Source: an uncultured bacterium (GTDB taxonomy: Bacteria; Patescibacteriota; JACMRA01). Taken from it: a DNA stretch of 64,000 nucleotides. The stretch lies in the NCBI GenBank assembly GCA_963784355.1, contig CAWAQU010000003.1, positions 32,001 through 96,000 of the forward strand, written 5' to 3'. Under the pieces are notes generated by a model. The model was not told where the DNA came from and did not search any database. It saw only the letters and a program-made list of their open reading frames with translations. Of the stretch, positions 1-10,000 are shown piece after piece; within the stretch, counting starts at the first letter, position 1, and the number at the start of each line of letters is the position of its first letter. The translations under genes and the position numbers were made by a program.

Positions 1-63
1 AATTAATTTGAATGACTTAATTATCTCAAGTTCTGATTTTATGAAATTAATAGTTTTTGACAT
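1..63 (-). CDS. Partial small ORF (runs off window edge), paralog of 19579..19734
   Basis: Manual translation from ATG at 63: MSKTINFIKSELEIIKSFKLI, matching MSKNFYIINEGLEIIKSFRLI at 19579; same position relative to the methyltransferase gene. Confidence 0.6.
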   Translation of the reverse strand, partial: MSKTINFIKSELEIIKSFKLI

Positions 64-212
64 AAGCTTGTAATTATGGTAGTACCTTTAGATGTCTTAG
101 GTTTTGACAATACATACTATTTGAAGTTTGAGTCATTTAATCAATTTTGCTAGTTGATTAGTACCTACACTTTTTTGAAGTAATTAAGATTATCAGACTT
201 TGAATATCAAGA

Positions 213-380
213 TTATTTTTTTGGTAATTTTTCTTGATTAAATATTGTTAATATTTTCTGCCTTAATTTATTTATTTGCTTCAAACTGAGTTTTGGACTC
301 AACTTAAAGCTTAGTTCAAATTCTAAGATAGACCCATAAAGGTTTTTATAAACGCTTGAAAGCTTAGAATTTTTAGACAT
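213..380 (-). CDS. Small 55-aa hypothetical protein, paralog of 19366..19554 (not in ORF track)
   Basis: Manual translation MSKNSKLSSVYKNLYGSILEFELSFKLSPKLSLKQINKLRQKILTIFNQEKLPKK; shares EFEL...LSPKL..KQIN.L with 19366..19554. Confidence 0.65.
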   Translation of the reverse strand: MSKNSKLSSVYKNLYGSILEFELSFKLSPKLSLKQINKLRQKILTIFNQEKLPKK

Positions 381-486
381 AGTTAATCTAACCTACTTTT
401 AATTAAGGTTTAATTATGAATCAAAGCTAAATTTTAGAATTTTTTGTACTAAAATTTAAAGCGATATAACCTTATAAAATTTTATA

Positions 487-1707
487 ATGTTGTCAATGAC
501 TTTTTTTAAAACACAATACATAACAAATAAGTTTAATGTTAGCACAACCACAGTTTATAACTGGATAAAGGGTGCAATAAATAACGAAAACCTTTTAAAA
601 TTAGAAAAGGTAAAAGACAAATATTATGTTATAAATTCTGAAGCAAATCTGTTTGAGATGAAAAGATTAAGCGATCAAGGAAGAAAAAACAAGCCAAGAT
701 TTAATTCTGTAAAATTGACTGCAAATCCCGACTTTTATAATATTTTTACCCCTACTCAAGTAATTGAAATTATACATGATTTAAATAATTACAATGAAAT
801 TCAACACAAATTTACATATCTTGGTATTGGAGCGAAAAGGTGGGGTCAATACGTTGAGGATACAGTAAATAAAAAAATAAGTGTTGGAACAACTAATACA
901 ACCAAAGCTTTAGAAACAGTAAATCAATTTCTACAGAATAAACTGAGTGATTCTAAAATAAACATTTTTGATATAGGTCTGGGTGATTGTTTCCCAGTTA
1001 AAAATTATTTAAACAGCTTAATTCAAAGAAACTCACTAAATGCTTATATAGGATTGGATATTAGCCAAGACATAATTAATATGGGACTAGCTAATATCAA
1101 AAAATGGTTTGGTGATTCAATTGAAGTAGATAGCCAATCTGTTGATATTGCAGGTAGTCATTTTAGAGAAATTTTGGCTAAACATGAAGATCAAGGAAGA
1201 AATGTAGTATTATTTTTGGGTTTCACAATTGAGAATTTAAGAAACAAAATTGAAACTTTATTGAATATCAAAAATTCAATGAACAATTCTGATATTCTAG
1301 TTGTTACCTATAGTTTAGATATTGATTCATCAAAACCTATTCGTTTTCCTGATTTAAAAGATTCACCTGACGAAAAATTAGGCTTAAAGAAAAGATGGAT
1401 ACCAGAATTGCTTGGAATAATGCCTTCAATGTATGATGTGTTGGATGAATACAATTATGAGTCACGAGAGCGTAGAAAATATATAATTTTCAATCATGAT
1501 ATAGAAATTGAATTTAATACAAATCTTGGTATTAAAAATGTATATTTTAGAGCAGGTGACAAATTGTTAATCTGGAGACATACTCACCACTTGTTACATG
1601 AGTTAATCAAAGATTTAGACGATTTTGGATTCAATATTGACGCCTCTATTACATCTGATGATAGAGAAGAAGTTACCCTAGTTTTAAGTATGAAAAGTAA
1701 AATTTAG
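487..1707 (+). CDS. N-terminal HTH-like domain fused to EgtD-like (Methyltransf_33-type) SAM-dependent methyltransferase, copy 1
   Basis: HTH-like start (ITNKFNVSTTTVYNWI); SAM motifs IFDIGLGDC and YIGLDIS; EgtD-like LFLGFTIEN; paralog at 18061..19272; start may be 496. Confidence 0.75.
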   Translation: MLSMTFFKTQYITNKFNVSTTTVYNWIKGAINNENLLKLEKVKDKYYVINSEANLFEMKRLSDQGRKNKPRFNSVKLTANPDFYNIFTPTQVIEIIHDLNNYNEIQHKFTYLGIGAKRWGQYVEDTVNKKISVGTTNTTKALETVNQFLQNKLSDSKINIFDIGLGDCFPVKNYLNSLIQRNSLNAYIGLDISQDIINMGLANIKKWFGDSIEVDSQSVDIAGSHFREILAKHEDQGRNVVLFLGFTIENLRNKIETLLNIKNSMNNSDILVVTYSLDIDSSKPIRFPDLKDSPDEKLGLKKRWIPELLGIMPSMYDVLDEYNYESRERRKYIIFNHDIEIEFNTNLGIKNVYFRAGDKLLIWRHTHHLLHELIKDLDDFGFNIDASITSDDREEVTLVLSMKSKI

Positions 1708-1745
1708 GTTTTTTAAAGTACAAACTAATATAATGCGCTAATTAT

Positions 1746-1779
1746 AAAAAAAGTGGGCTTAAACTTGTTAAACCCACCT
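1746..1779. terminator. Intrinsic terminator of the precursor/immunity operon copy 1, between convergent genes
   Basis: Minus strand AGGTGGGTTTAACAAGTTTAAGCCCACTTTTTTT: hairpin plus T-run; near-identical to 18009..18041. Confidence 0.8.
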
Positions 1780-1801
1780 AATTATAAATTGCTAGACTAA
1801 T

Positions 1802-1969
1802 TTACTTGATGTTCATGTAATTAAAAAGAAATACGATTATTACAAATATAAATGTAACTATATTTGCCAACCAAATCTTATCTTTAGTTTTTTTATATTT
1901 TACAATTGCATTGATGACACCAAACAGTCCTACTAGCAAACCTATAATTTGAATAACTTGAGAATACAT
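1802..1969 (-). CDS. 55-aa two-TM membrane protein, putative orphan immunity protein (not in ORF track)
   Basis: Manual translation MYSQVIQIIGLLVGLFGVINAIVKYKKTKDKIWLANIVTFIFVIIVFLFNYMNIK; two hydrophobic helices around a Lys-rich loop; starts 6 nt after the preceding ORF's stop. Confidence 0.75.
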   Translation of the reverse strand: MYSQVIQIIGLLVGLFGVINAIVKYKKTKDKIWLANIVTFIFVIIVFLFNYMNIK

Positions 1970-1975
1970 AATGTT

Positions 1976-2146
1976 TTATGTATTCTGCTTTATATACCAT
2001 ACTGTAAAAGCATAGATTATACCTACTGTTGCAAGACCTATCCGATGATACCAAAGTTTGTATTTTTCAGGAACAAGTAACTCACCTATCAATAGAAGAT
2101 TTAGTACTAGTATAAAGTTTTCATTAATAAACTTGATTAATTCCAT
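1976..2146 (-). CDS. 56-aa two-TM membrane protein, putative orphan immunity protein (not in ORF track)
   Basis: Manual translation MELIKFINENFILVLNLLLIGELLVPEKYKLWYHRIGLATVGIIYAFTVWYIKQNT. Confidence 0.7.
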   Translation of the reverse strand: MELIKFINENFILVLNLLLIGELLVPEKYKLWYHRIGLATVGIIYAFTVWYIKQNT

Positions 2147-2220
2147 AAAATTTTAAATTTTATCTTTGGCCTGTATAAAATCAACTCGTATACGAAATAT
2201 TGAACTCGAATTCATATGAC

Positions 2221-2412
2221 CTAGTTAACATTCCAATTGTTTTTTACCGACAGTACAATCCAAAATGACCAAAAGAATAAAATTAAAGCCACTCCAAGAA
2301 AATCTAAATAACCTAGTTCTTTTTTATTAATAATAGCTTTATTATAAAGTTGTTTAAGTATTATCACAGTAGCAAAAATAACTCCTGGAGTATAAATCAT
2401 TAAAGGTAACAT
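2221..2412 (-). CDS. 63-aa two-TM membrane protein, putative cognate immunity protein of copy 1
   Basis: Starts 12 nt after the precursor stop; two hydrophobic segments flanking a basic loop. Confidence 0.75.
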   Translation of the reverse strand: MLPLMIYTPGVIFATVIILKQLYNKAIINKKELGYLDFLGVALILFFWSFWIVLSVKNNWNVN

Positions 2413-2424
2413 AAAATATAATTA

Positions 2425-3795
2425 TTAACATCTTGAACCTACCCACCAGCCAGAATTCCAAGTTCTGTATAATATTGCTCCATTTCCACAAACGGAATCA
2501 TTAGCGGAAATAAACGCGGCTAGTACACCAGAATAAGCCGAAACTAACCAGCCAAAAGGCCCAAATGCAGATGCTCCAATTGAAACTAAAGTAAACCCAA
2601 GAGATACTTTAACAGCACCACAATGATCAAGTATTGTTTTAATTCCCCACCAATAAGTTTCATTTATGGTGTAAGCGTTACAAATTATAGCCTCAGTTTT
2701 AACTCCAGTAACCAAACCATCAACTAAAGCCGCTTTGCTATTAGTTGCACTAGCAATATTTCTACCCTCTACTTTTAAAAGATTACTTAGATTATTCTTT
2801 TCTGCAATAGATAGTTTATTAAACTCACCAATAGCTAACTTAACTGTTTTTTCATCGTCTTTATCTAGCTTCAATTTATTTAACTTATCTTGAGATAAAA
2901 CTATATTTCCAGTACTTTCATCAATAATTCTAATTGATTCTACATTGGTGATTACATTTTGAGATAATGGCTTTTGACTTTGTAATTCTTTAAGTTTAGC
3001 CTGCTCTTCTTTAGATAATTTTGATATTAACTCTTCAGCTACTTCTTTTGTAGCTTGCTCTTTGGATTTCTTTTCTTTAGTTACTTTATCATTAATCTTA
3101 TCATCAAATTGTTTTTGCTGAGTTTTTAACTCCTGAGTAGTTGTATATTGAATATCAACTATAGCTTTATTAAAGTCTTTACTAATTTGAGTTTTAATAG
3201 ATTCAAGTGTTTTGAGACTACCTTGCAATGATAAAGAACTAATTTTTATACTATTTGAGCCGTTATTCAATAACTTCTCCAGTAAATTCTTTTTCTTAAC
3301 ATCTTTCTTAGCTTCTTGGAGTTTAGTATTATCTGTGTTTTTCAGTACAGGTTTGATTTGTTTAGCTTTGTCTGTATTTTTGTTGTTATTTAAATTTTCT
3401 AAAGCTAACAACTGGTTGTAAAAATTATCACTGCAATAATCTGTTATTTCAGATATTACTTTAGGTGTTTCCGAATCACAAGCTAGGTTTAGCGTTTCAC
3501 CCTTAATAATACCATTAACTGCAATGATGAGTCCACTTATTGCATAATCAGTTGTAACAGGTAATTTACTAGCTAAATAACCATAACTAGCATATCCTTC
3601 TACTGTACTATTTGAATTTGTTTTACCATTAACAGTTAAATATGCTTCAGGGCTGTTAATAGCTGACAAAGTATCTGCTTGAGTTTGAACTGAAAACAAA
3701 CTTGATACTGGGGCTGTCAGGGTTGTAAAAGCAAGGAAAACCGCTGTAACTGCTGTTGCGAGCTGGAGTGGTTTGAAAGTTTTGGGTATGAACAT
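2425..3795 (-). CDS. Secreted precursor protein with variable C-terminal bacteriocin-like peptide, copy 1 (456 aa)
   Basis: Start reassigned to MFIPKTFK (3795) from paralog alignment and conserved upstream DNA; Sec-like signal peptide ending VQTQA; C-terminal 87 aa hydrophobic with 4 Cys and YWWG. Confidence 0.75.
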   Translation of the reverse strand: MFIPKTFKPLQLATAVTAVFLAFTTLTAPVSSLFSVQTQADTLSAINSPEAYLTVNGKTNSNSTVEGYASYGYLASKLPVTTDYAISGLIIAVNGIIKGETLNLACDSETPKVISEITDYCSDNFYNQLLALENLNNNKNTDKAKQIKPVLKNTDNTKLQEAKKDVKKKNLLEKLLNNGSNSIKISSLSLQGSLKTLESIKTQISKDFNKAIVDIQYTTTQELKTQQKQFDDKINDKVTKEKKSKEQATKEVAEELISKLSKEEQAKLKELQSQKPLSQNVITNVESIRIIDESTGNIVLSQDKLNKLKLDKDDEKTVKLAIGEFNKLSIAEKNNLSNLLKVEGRNIASATNSKAALVDGLVTGVKTEAIICNAYTINETYWWGIKTILDHCGAVKVSLGFTLVSIGASAFGPFGWLVSAYSGVLAAFISANDSVCGNGAILYRTWNSGWWVGSRC

Positions 3796-3906
3796 ATGTA
3801 TAAAACAAATATATTTTTTAAAAGCTAAGAATCTGTACAGAAATTCAAGCTGATTGTGCCTATTTGTTATAAATCCTCTTGTCAAGATACTTAAAAGTAT
3901 CATTTT
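3796..3906 (-). promoter_or_regulatory. Conserved promoter/operator region of precursor copy 1
   Basis: TTGACA at 3880-3885 (minus); dyad GATAC-N6-GTATC at 3886-3901; dyad centred on TCTGTACAGA at 3823-3851; highly similar to 16263..16372. Confidence 0.65.
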
Positions 3907-3963
3907 GGGTAAAATGTGCATGAAAGACCTTTAAAATTGTGTATGTTACTCATACTAGCTTTT

Positions 3964-4251
3964 TTATAGGAAGTTGGATAAAATATTAAAAATGAAAGAA
4001 AATCTACCGGAAGTCTTTGACTCTAAAAATCTATCTCTATAAATTTCAAATTCAGGATATTTTTCCGAAAACTCATTTAATATAGCCAACTGCTCCTCGT
4101 CTGTAAGATTTTGAACTTGATCTTTAATAAAGTCTTTACCATTTTCTGCACTATCACTTTCTTTAATACCTTTTATACTCTTAATTATAGCAATTAAATA
4201 TTGCTGCTGCTCTTCAGTTAAGTTAGGTAAATTGTCTATTGATATGCTCAT
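3964..4251 (-). CDS. 95-aa hypothetical protein, paralog of 20084..20371
   Basis: Same length and about three-quarters identical (by eye) to 20084..20371. Confidence 0.8.
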   Translation of the reverse strand: MSISIDNLPNLTEEQQQYLIAIIKSIKGIKESDSAENGKDFIKDQVQNLTDEEQLAILNEFSEKYPEFEIYRDRFLESKTSGRFSFIFNILSNFL

Positions 4252-4496
4252 ACCGAGTATCTAATAATAAAAATTATATGTGATCAAGCTGCATAACGGG
4301 CCTTTAAACCCGTTTAACTAAATTCACAACTTGCAATTTATCTGAGTCAACTAAAAGTGACTTTACAAAGCTCATTTCTCCGTCATTATCGTTGGGGCTA
4401 AAACTAACCATTCCAGCTATAATATGAGCATTATTTATTACATTTATAAAAGCTTTAATTAGTCTAAATGATAAAATCTTGCCGTTATCTGCATAT

Positions 4497-5536
4497 TAAC
4501 CCAAATCACGAAAATAAATTAATCCAACAAATTCAATCAATCTTAAAACAATCTTAGAACAACCATCTTTACTTCAAACTTAAATTTGAACTCTTAGACT
4601 CCTATACTTTTACTTCAAACTTTACTAAATTAAGACAACAAAAAAGGGTGCAAGTACATGACTACAAACACCCAAAATCAATCTACGGAAATTTTACAAA
4701 TCAGACAAGTACATAATTTCTTTCTTCAGTTTTATCAGGAAAAGAAGTGGAAAAACAAAGGTAGGCCATTAACTTTAAAACCTCCGGATATAGCTACAAT
4801 TACCCTAATCCAAAAACATTACCAGATTAAAACTCTTAAATCACTTCACAATTTACTGAAAGAAAAATATACAGATATATTTCCAAAACTTCCGGCATAT
4901 CAAAACTTTGTAATCATAATGAATAAAAGTAGTACTTTTCTCCTAAGCATATTGCTTTTAGTTTTACAAGCAGGTAAGCCTTATCTTACTAAGGTCAAAT
5001 TCATTGACTCAACTCCTGTACCGGTCTGTAAAGTATATAGAAGTAAAGGGCATAAAACAATGAAACTATTAGCCAGTAAGAAAAAGAGTACTACAGGCTG
5101 GTTCTATGGATTAAAACTACATCTAATTTGTGATGAGAATTATCATTTAGCGTGTTTTAAATTCACAACAGGATCAGTTGATGATAGAATAGTTTTAAAT
5201 GAGTTTATGGAAAAAATTAGGTTTACAAATTCAACTTTAGTAGCAGATGCAGGATATGTATCAAAGCAGTATGAAAGTAAGTTTTGGAATTCAGGAACAT
5301 ATTTTCTAACAGCAACAAAAGCTAATATGAAAGTATTGGCTAGTATATACCAACAAAAGCTAATGAATATGAGATCAAAGATAGAGACAGTATTTTCAAT
5401 ATTAAAAGATAAGTATCAGTTGATTACTTCAGTACCAAGATCAATAAACGGGTATTTAGCTCATTACGTTAGAAGTTTGTTTGGGTATGTATTTTGTGGA
5501 ATAGAGGGGTTTTTGGTAATTTCGTGATTTGGGTTA
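4497..5536 (+). mobile_element. IS982-family insertion sequence
   Basis: Perfect 17-bp terminal inverted repeats TAACCCAAATCACGAAA (4497-4513 / 5520-5536) containing the ACCC end typical of IS982; about 1.04 kb; single transposase. Confidence 0.9.
4658..5527 (+). CDS. IS982-family DDE transposase
   Basis: Motifs IDSTPVPVC, GWFYGLKLHLI, ADAGY, RSKIETVFSILK. Confidence 0.92.
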   Translation: MTTNTQNQSTEILQIRQVHNFFLQFYQEKKWKNKGRPLTLKPPDIATITLIQKHYQIKTLKSLHNLLKEKYTDIFPKLPAYQNFVIIMNKSSTFLLSILLLVLQAGKPYLTKVKFIDSTPVPVCKVYRSKGHKTMKLLASKKKSTTGWFYGLKLHLICDENYHLACFKFTTGSVDDRIVLNEFMEKIRFTNSTLVADAGYVSKQYESKFWNSGTYFLTATKANMKVLASIYQQKLMNMRSKIETVFSILKDKYQLITSVPRSINGYLAHYVRSLFGYVFCGIEGFLVIS

Positions 5537-6183
5537 GTATCCAAAAACTCTTGGTTAATTTCTTCAATTTTTGGAAACATGAAATAAATTCCTGGATTAT
5601 TTTCTCGCTCTTCTCTAAAGTTTGAAGGATATCTTACAAACCTACGATTACTATCTACATAGTTAGCAGGATAATAAAATTGTGACTTTTGATTGTATAG
5701 GGTTTTAAAGAAATTTACTTTCTGAAATTCAAATTGCTCAAGTAAATCATGATATGTCGACATTGCTATTTTGTAATGCTCCCGACTGTTACAAGTACTA
5801 GGATTTGCTAATGCCTTCCAAGCTTTAATAGCATTTCTGAGGTGGTCCATATAATCCAGCACTCTAATAATATAAAATAGGTCTTCATTTAGAAATTCAT
5901 ATGGGATATTTTTAAGTTCTTTTGGAGCCAGCTTTGTCCGGATTTCATCGTCATGATACCAAGCAACATACTCTTTATCTTTAAGCTTTGGTTCTGGATA
6001 TGGAAATTTCCATTCGGTCGATACAAATTTTTCATTAGAATCTAAGTCTTTTATATCTTTTTCTATCCATTTAGCGGGCAGCCTATGTGTACCTGAATTA
6101 TCATGAGTTGCTGCTTTAATCTCTTTTTTTGGCATTTGCTTTCTATCAAGAGATGAAACCCATTTTTCAGCCTTTCCGTTCAT
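5464..6183 (-). pseudogene. Hypothetical protein probably truncated by the IS982 insertion
   Basis: The ORF reads across the IS right end at ~5536; its last ~23 residues are encoded by IS DNA. Confidence 0.55.
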
Positions 6184-6325
6184 ATTGCTATAAAAATTAA
6201 TATTTTCTTATTATAGCATAATTTTAAGCTCTTGTACAAAACTGAGTAAAAGAGTGTATTGGATGGTTAGGAGTTCGTGTTACCAACTAACTATAAATCA
6301 ATTATTTCACATTATGACTTAGTAT

Positions 6326-7057
6326 TTACTCTGCTAAGGCTAAATCTTCTACTTTCCTGTCTTTGTAGACTATTTGTGCACCCAGCAAACTAGCATCACT
6401 ATATATATTTATATTACGGTCAAACTCTAGTCTTACAAAACTTACACCTTTATCTTGAACAATGAAATCCAAGAAATATTTTTTAACAGCTCCATGAACC
6501 ATGACCCTATCTCCTGGGTCAATTGCTTTTTCAATCTCAGAATAAATCATATTTTTTTTAAGTAACTTGAATTGTTCAACTTTCCTTCCAGCATATTTAG
6601 TACCACTTGGAGAAGCTAAGTCTGAATTATCATCTTGATCTTGTTGCCCCTCAAACTCAATATCACCACTATCAGGATTATTCTGTGATAAGTCTTGTTT
6701 TTTTGCTAACTTTACTGTCTCTTCAAAAGAATATTTTGTTGTTCCTCCTGTTACTGAATTTTGTTTGTCTATATTCCAAAGTAGTAATTTATCTCTGTGT
6801 AGCTGATATATTAGTATTATTCTTTGACCTTCAGGTGTTGGTTCGGGAGTATTGTAAATCAATGTATATTTTGGATTGAACAGATCAAATTTGGAAAGCA
6901 CTATTTCCTGTTTATCACTAAAGTTTTCTAGGTACTTTAGTTGATCATTGTCCATATATTTTATAAAATAGGGAGCATAAACTAGTGGGATGAAAGTTAG
7001 TAATAATGCTATGAGAACTACTAGGGTTAATAATATAATTGTTATTTTTTTAGACAT
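6326..7057 (-). CDS. Membrane-anchored hypothetical protein downstream of the giant protein (possible immunity/partner)
   Basis: N-terminal TM helix (ITIILLTLVVLIALLLTFIPLVY); probable start MSKKIT at 7057, 16 nt after the giant gene's stop. Confidence 0.65.
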   Translation of the reverse strand: MSKKITIILLTLVVLIALLLTFIPLVYAPYFIKYMDNDQLKYLENFSDKQEIVLSKFDLFNPKYTLIYNTPEPTPEGQRIILIYQLHRDKLLLWNIDKQNSVTGGTTKYSFEETVKLAKKQDLSQNNPDSGDIEFEGQQDQDDNSDLASPSGTKYAGRKVEQFKLLKKNMIYSEIEKAIDPGDRVMVHGAVKKYFLDFIVQDKGVSFVRLEFDRNINIYSDASLLGAQIVYKDRKVEDLALAE

Positions 7058-7073
7058 ATGGGTTAATTTTTTA

Positions 7074-10000
7074 CTATTTTGGATAGTAAGTGCTTTCTCT
7101 ATCATTTATGATTACTTTAAGCTGATCAATACTGTTCGGTTTGTTAATGATTAAAGATCCATTATGACCATCATAAGCTTGTTTTTTGCATTCATAGGGT
7201 ATGATAACAAATTTGTAACACGTGTCAATTTTTTCTTTTTGCCAGTTATTATGTAAATCAAAATCTTTTATATCAAGAACTAGGTCTATGTCACCTAGTA
7301 TTGCTTTCTCCCTATTCATTCTTTGCCAGCTTTGCACCACCCAGCCATGTTCGCTCCCTGTATCATATAAACTCCCAAAGTCCATTCTGAAAGATTCTGA
7401 AGCTGATTTAGCGTATTCTTGATTTCCAGCTAAGCTCCTTTTACCTACAAAGGCCCTACTAAAATCAGAATATTCTTTAAAATCTTTCCTTTTCTGATCT
7501 GGATTTAAATATACGTTATATTTTCCTGCCACCTCAGCTGGCGGGTCAAGAGCTATTAAATCAGGTTTTTTACCAAATCTCTCAGCCATTTCCCCACTCA
7601 AGATAGACCCTAAAGAATGCCCGACAACCTTTAGATTATCTCCATCACTCAACCCCCATTCTCTTAGTTTTTCCACTGTTTTATCTGCCACAGGACCAAT
7701 CCAAGTAGCAGCCCTTGCCACCCCAGTTGGACAATTTGTACCAAATATACATTGACCTTTATCATTGTTTGAAGCTTCAGACCAGTCAAGTAATAGCACA
7801 ATATCATCCGGATATTCAGCTTTAATATTTCTACCTATTTTTTCAAATTCTCCCACAGGCTCATCATCCCATCCATGGGTAACAACCCAGACTTTTTTAC
7901 CCTGCTCATAACCAAAATTATACATATTTCTATCTTCATCATCCAAAAACTTAAGTTTGATACGTCTTTGATTTCTATCTACTATATCTCCCTCACGGCC
8001 TATATTACTATCTCCGTTTTTTAATACCCCGCCTGTATCACTTCTATCTCCTTTCACTGTAAAAGTACGCTCCACGCCCTCCCCATATTCAGGCAATCTA
8101 CTCAAATCTTTATCTAGCCTAATTCTGTTGCTGGATTTCTCATTTTTCCAATAAGTACTTCTATCAGGCAACTTACAACTACCTCCAAAACACTCAGTTT
8201 CATGGAAAATTTTTGAATCAAACCAAATCTCATCTTGCATAGTTACTTTGTCACCTCTATTATTTGGATCGCTGGACCATCTCGTCTCTACATCGAAACT
8301 GAATCTACCACTAGAGTTTGTATTTTCTTGCTCAGAAGTTATATTTTCGTCAAATAGCTGTATAGTATTTTTCCTACCAATCCATTTACTGCTTTGCAAT
8401 TTCTCATATTTTTCCTCAACAATTTTATCCTTATCAAATAATCTTATTTTAATTTCTTGATCTTTAGCGGGAGCTACTGCAAAAACTCTATATTTTGCTG
8501 AACTTTCTCCTGTGATTTCAGAAACTTTAACTACTTTGGTAATTTTAGGAGCCGGGAAATCAATTCCCCTAAAAGTACCGCCTGATCCGAGCCAATTTTT
8601 ATCAAAGTCAACAGTAATAACATCTGCACCCTTATTATCATAAAACCAATTTTCCAAATCCTCTTGACCACCTTCTCCAGCTTTAACACAAAATTTTTGG
8701 AACTGTTCTGGAGTCAAATTATCTTTTTCCTTTCCTAGATAAGTAGTAGGGTTTACGGCACGATTTTTCTTTCTAATTTCAAAATGCAAGTGGGCTCCTG
8801 TAGAATTACCGGTGTTCCCTACCCGACCAATAATAGTGTTTGTATCTACAACATCGCCAGGTTTTACTAAAGGATTTTTTTCATGCTGTAAATGCACATA
8901 CAAGCTGGTAATATTATTTCCATGATCAATTAAAACGTAATTTGCTGTGTCTATAAGTCTACCCGTGTCATCGTACTGCCCTTTGTCAGATTCGGTAAAA
9001 CCAAAAACAGTTTTCAAAACTACTCCGGCCGCGGCAGGATAAACAGGTTCACCTGGCAAAACTCCGTTATAGTCTACTCCTGTATGGTATTTTGTTTTAT
9101 TAAAATACTGTTGGCTGTATCCATATGGAAAACCAACGTAAGCGTCTTCACTGTGCAGCGGTTTTTTATAAACCCCGTCGTTACCTCCATATCCACATTT
9201 GGGACATTCTTTTGTAGTAATTTTCTTTACTGATTCATCAGAAATATTTCCGGCCCTATCTATAAGTTTCACTGTAATAACATACTCAGTTTTACCACAT
9301 TGTAGTTGGCCAACTAAATCAGTATTTTCATATATCCCTTGATTATTTAAAGTTACATTTAGATTAGATACTCCGCCTTTGGAATTAGTTATAGCTATAT
9401 CAGCCTTAACATCTTTCTCGCCTTTAATCTGTAGGCTAATAAATTGTGCTAAAATATCTCCAGTAGTGTCCAAATCAAGCGTGGGCTTTCTGGGAGCAAC
9501 AGTATCTCTTTCTAATCTAGTCTCCAGCCAACTTCCTGCATTCCCGGCTGTATCTACTGCTCTCATTTTGACCAAATAATTGCCGTCCTGACAGATCCCA
9601 AGTCTACGGGTATCTATAATTCTGGTACAATTACTCACTTCATCGTCGCGCCTTTGTAAACCTAAATTTAAAACAGCATTACCATATCCGTCAGCACCAT
9701 TTCTAAAAACAGTTTGCCTCATTCTATCATTTTCTTGTCTAATAATTTCATACTCCATATCAGCCTGTCTTTCACCTTCATGATCCAGTTTTATTTGTAT
9801 ATCTCGAGTGATTCCTTTTTGTGGGTAATCAATGATCGGACCGAAATTTACCGAAGTAATATTTTTCATCAGGTGATTTTTTGGTGCGTCGGCATCGTGG
9901 TAAATTGTCAAAGATTTATTAAAATCGCTTGTATTCCCGGCCAAATCAATTACCTGTCCTTGAAGGACATACCAGTTCTGAGGAATTCCTAGTGGAGACA

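Noticed and set aside
487-1707. Ergothioneine biosynthesis (egtD)
   Set aside because: No egtB/egtC in the window, an extra HTH-like domain and a different context; gene symbol withheld
3796-3921. N-terminal extension of ORF 2425..3921 in the ORF track
   Set aside because: The paralog starts at the equivalent of 3795, and this DNA matches the non-coding promoter region of copy 2
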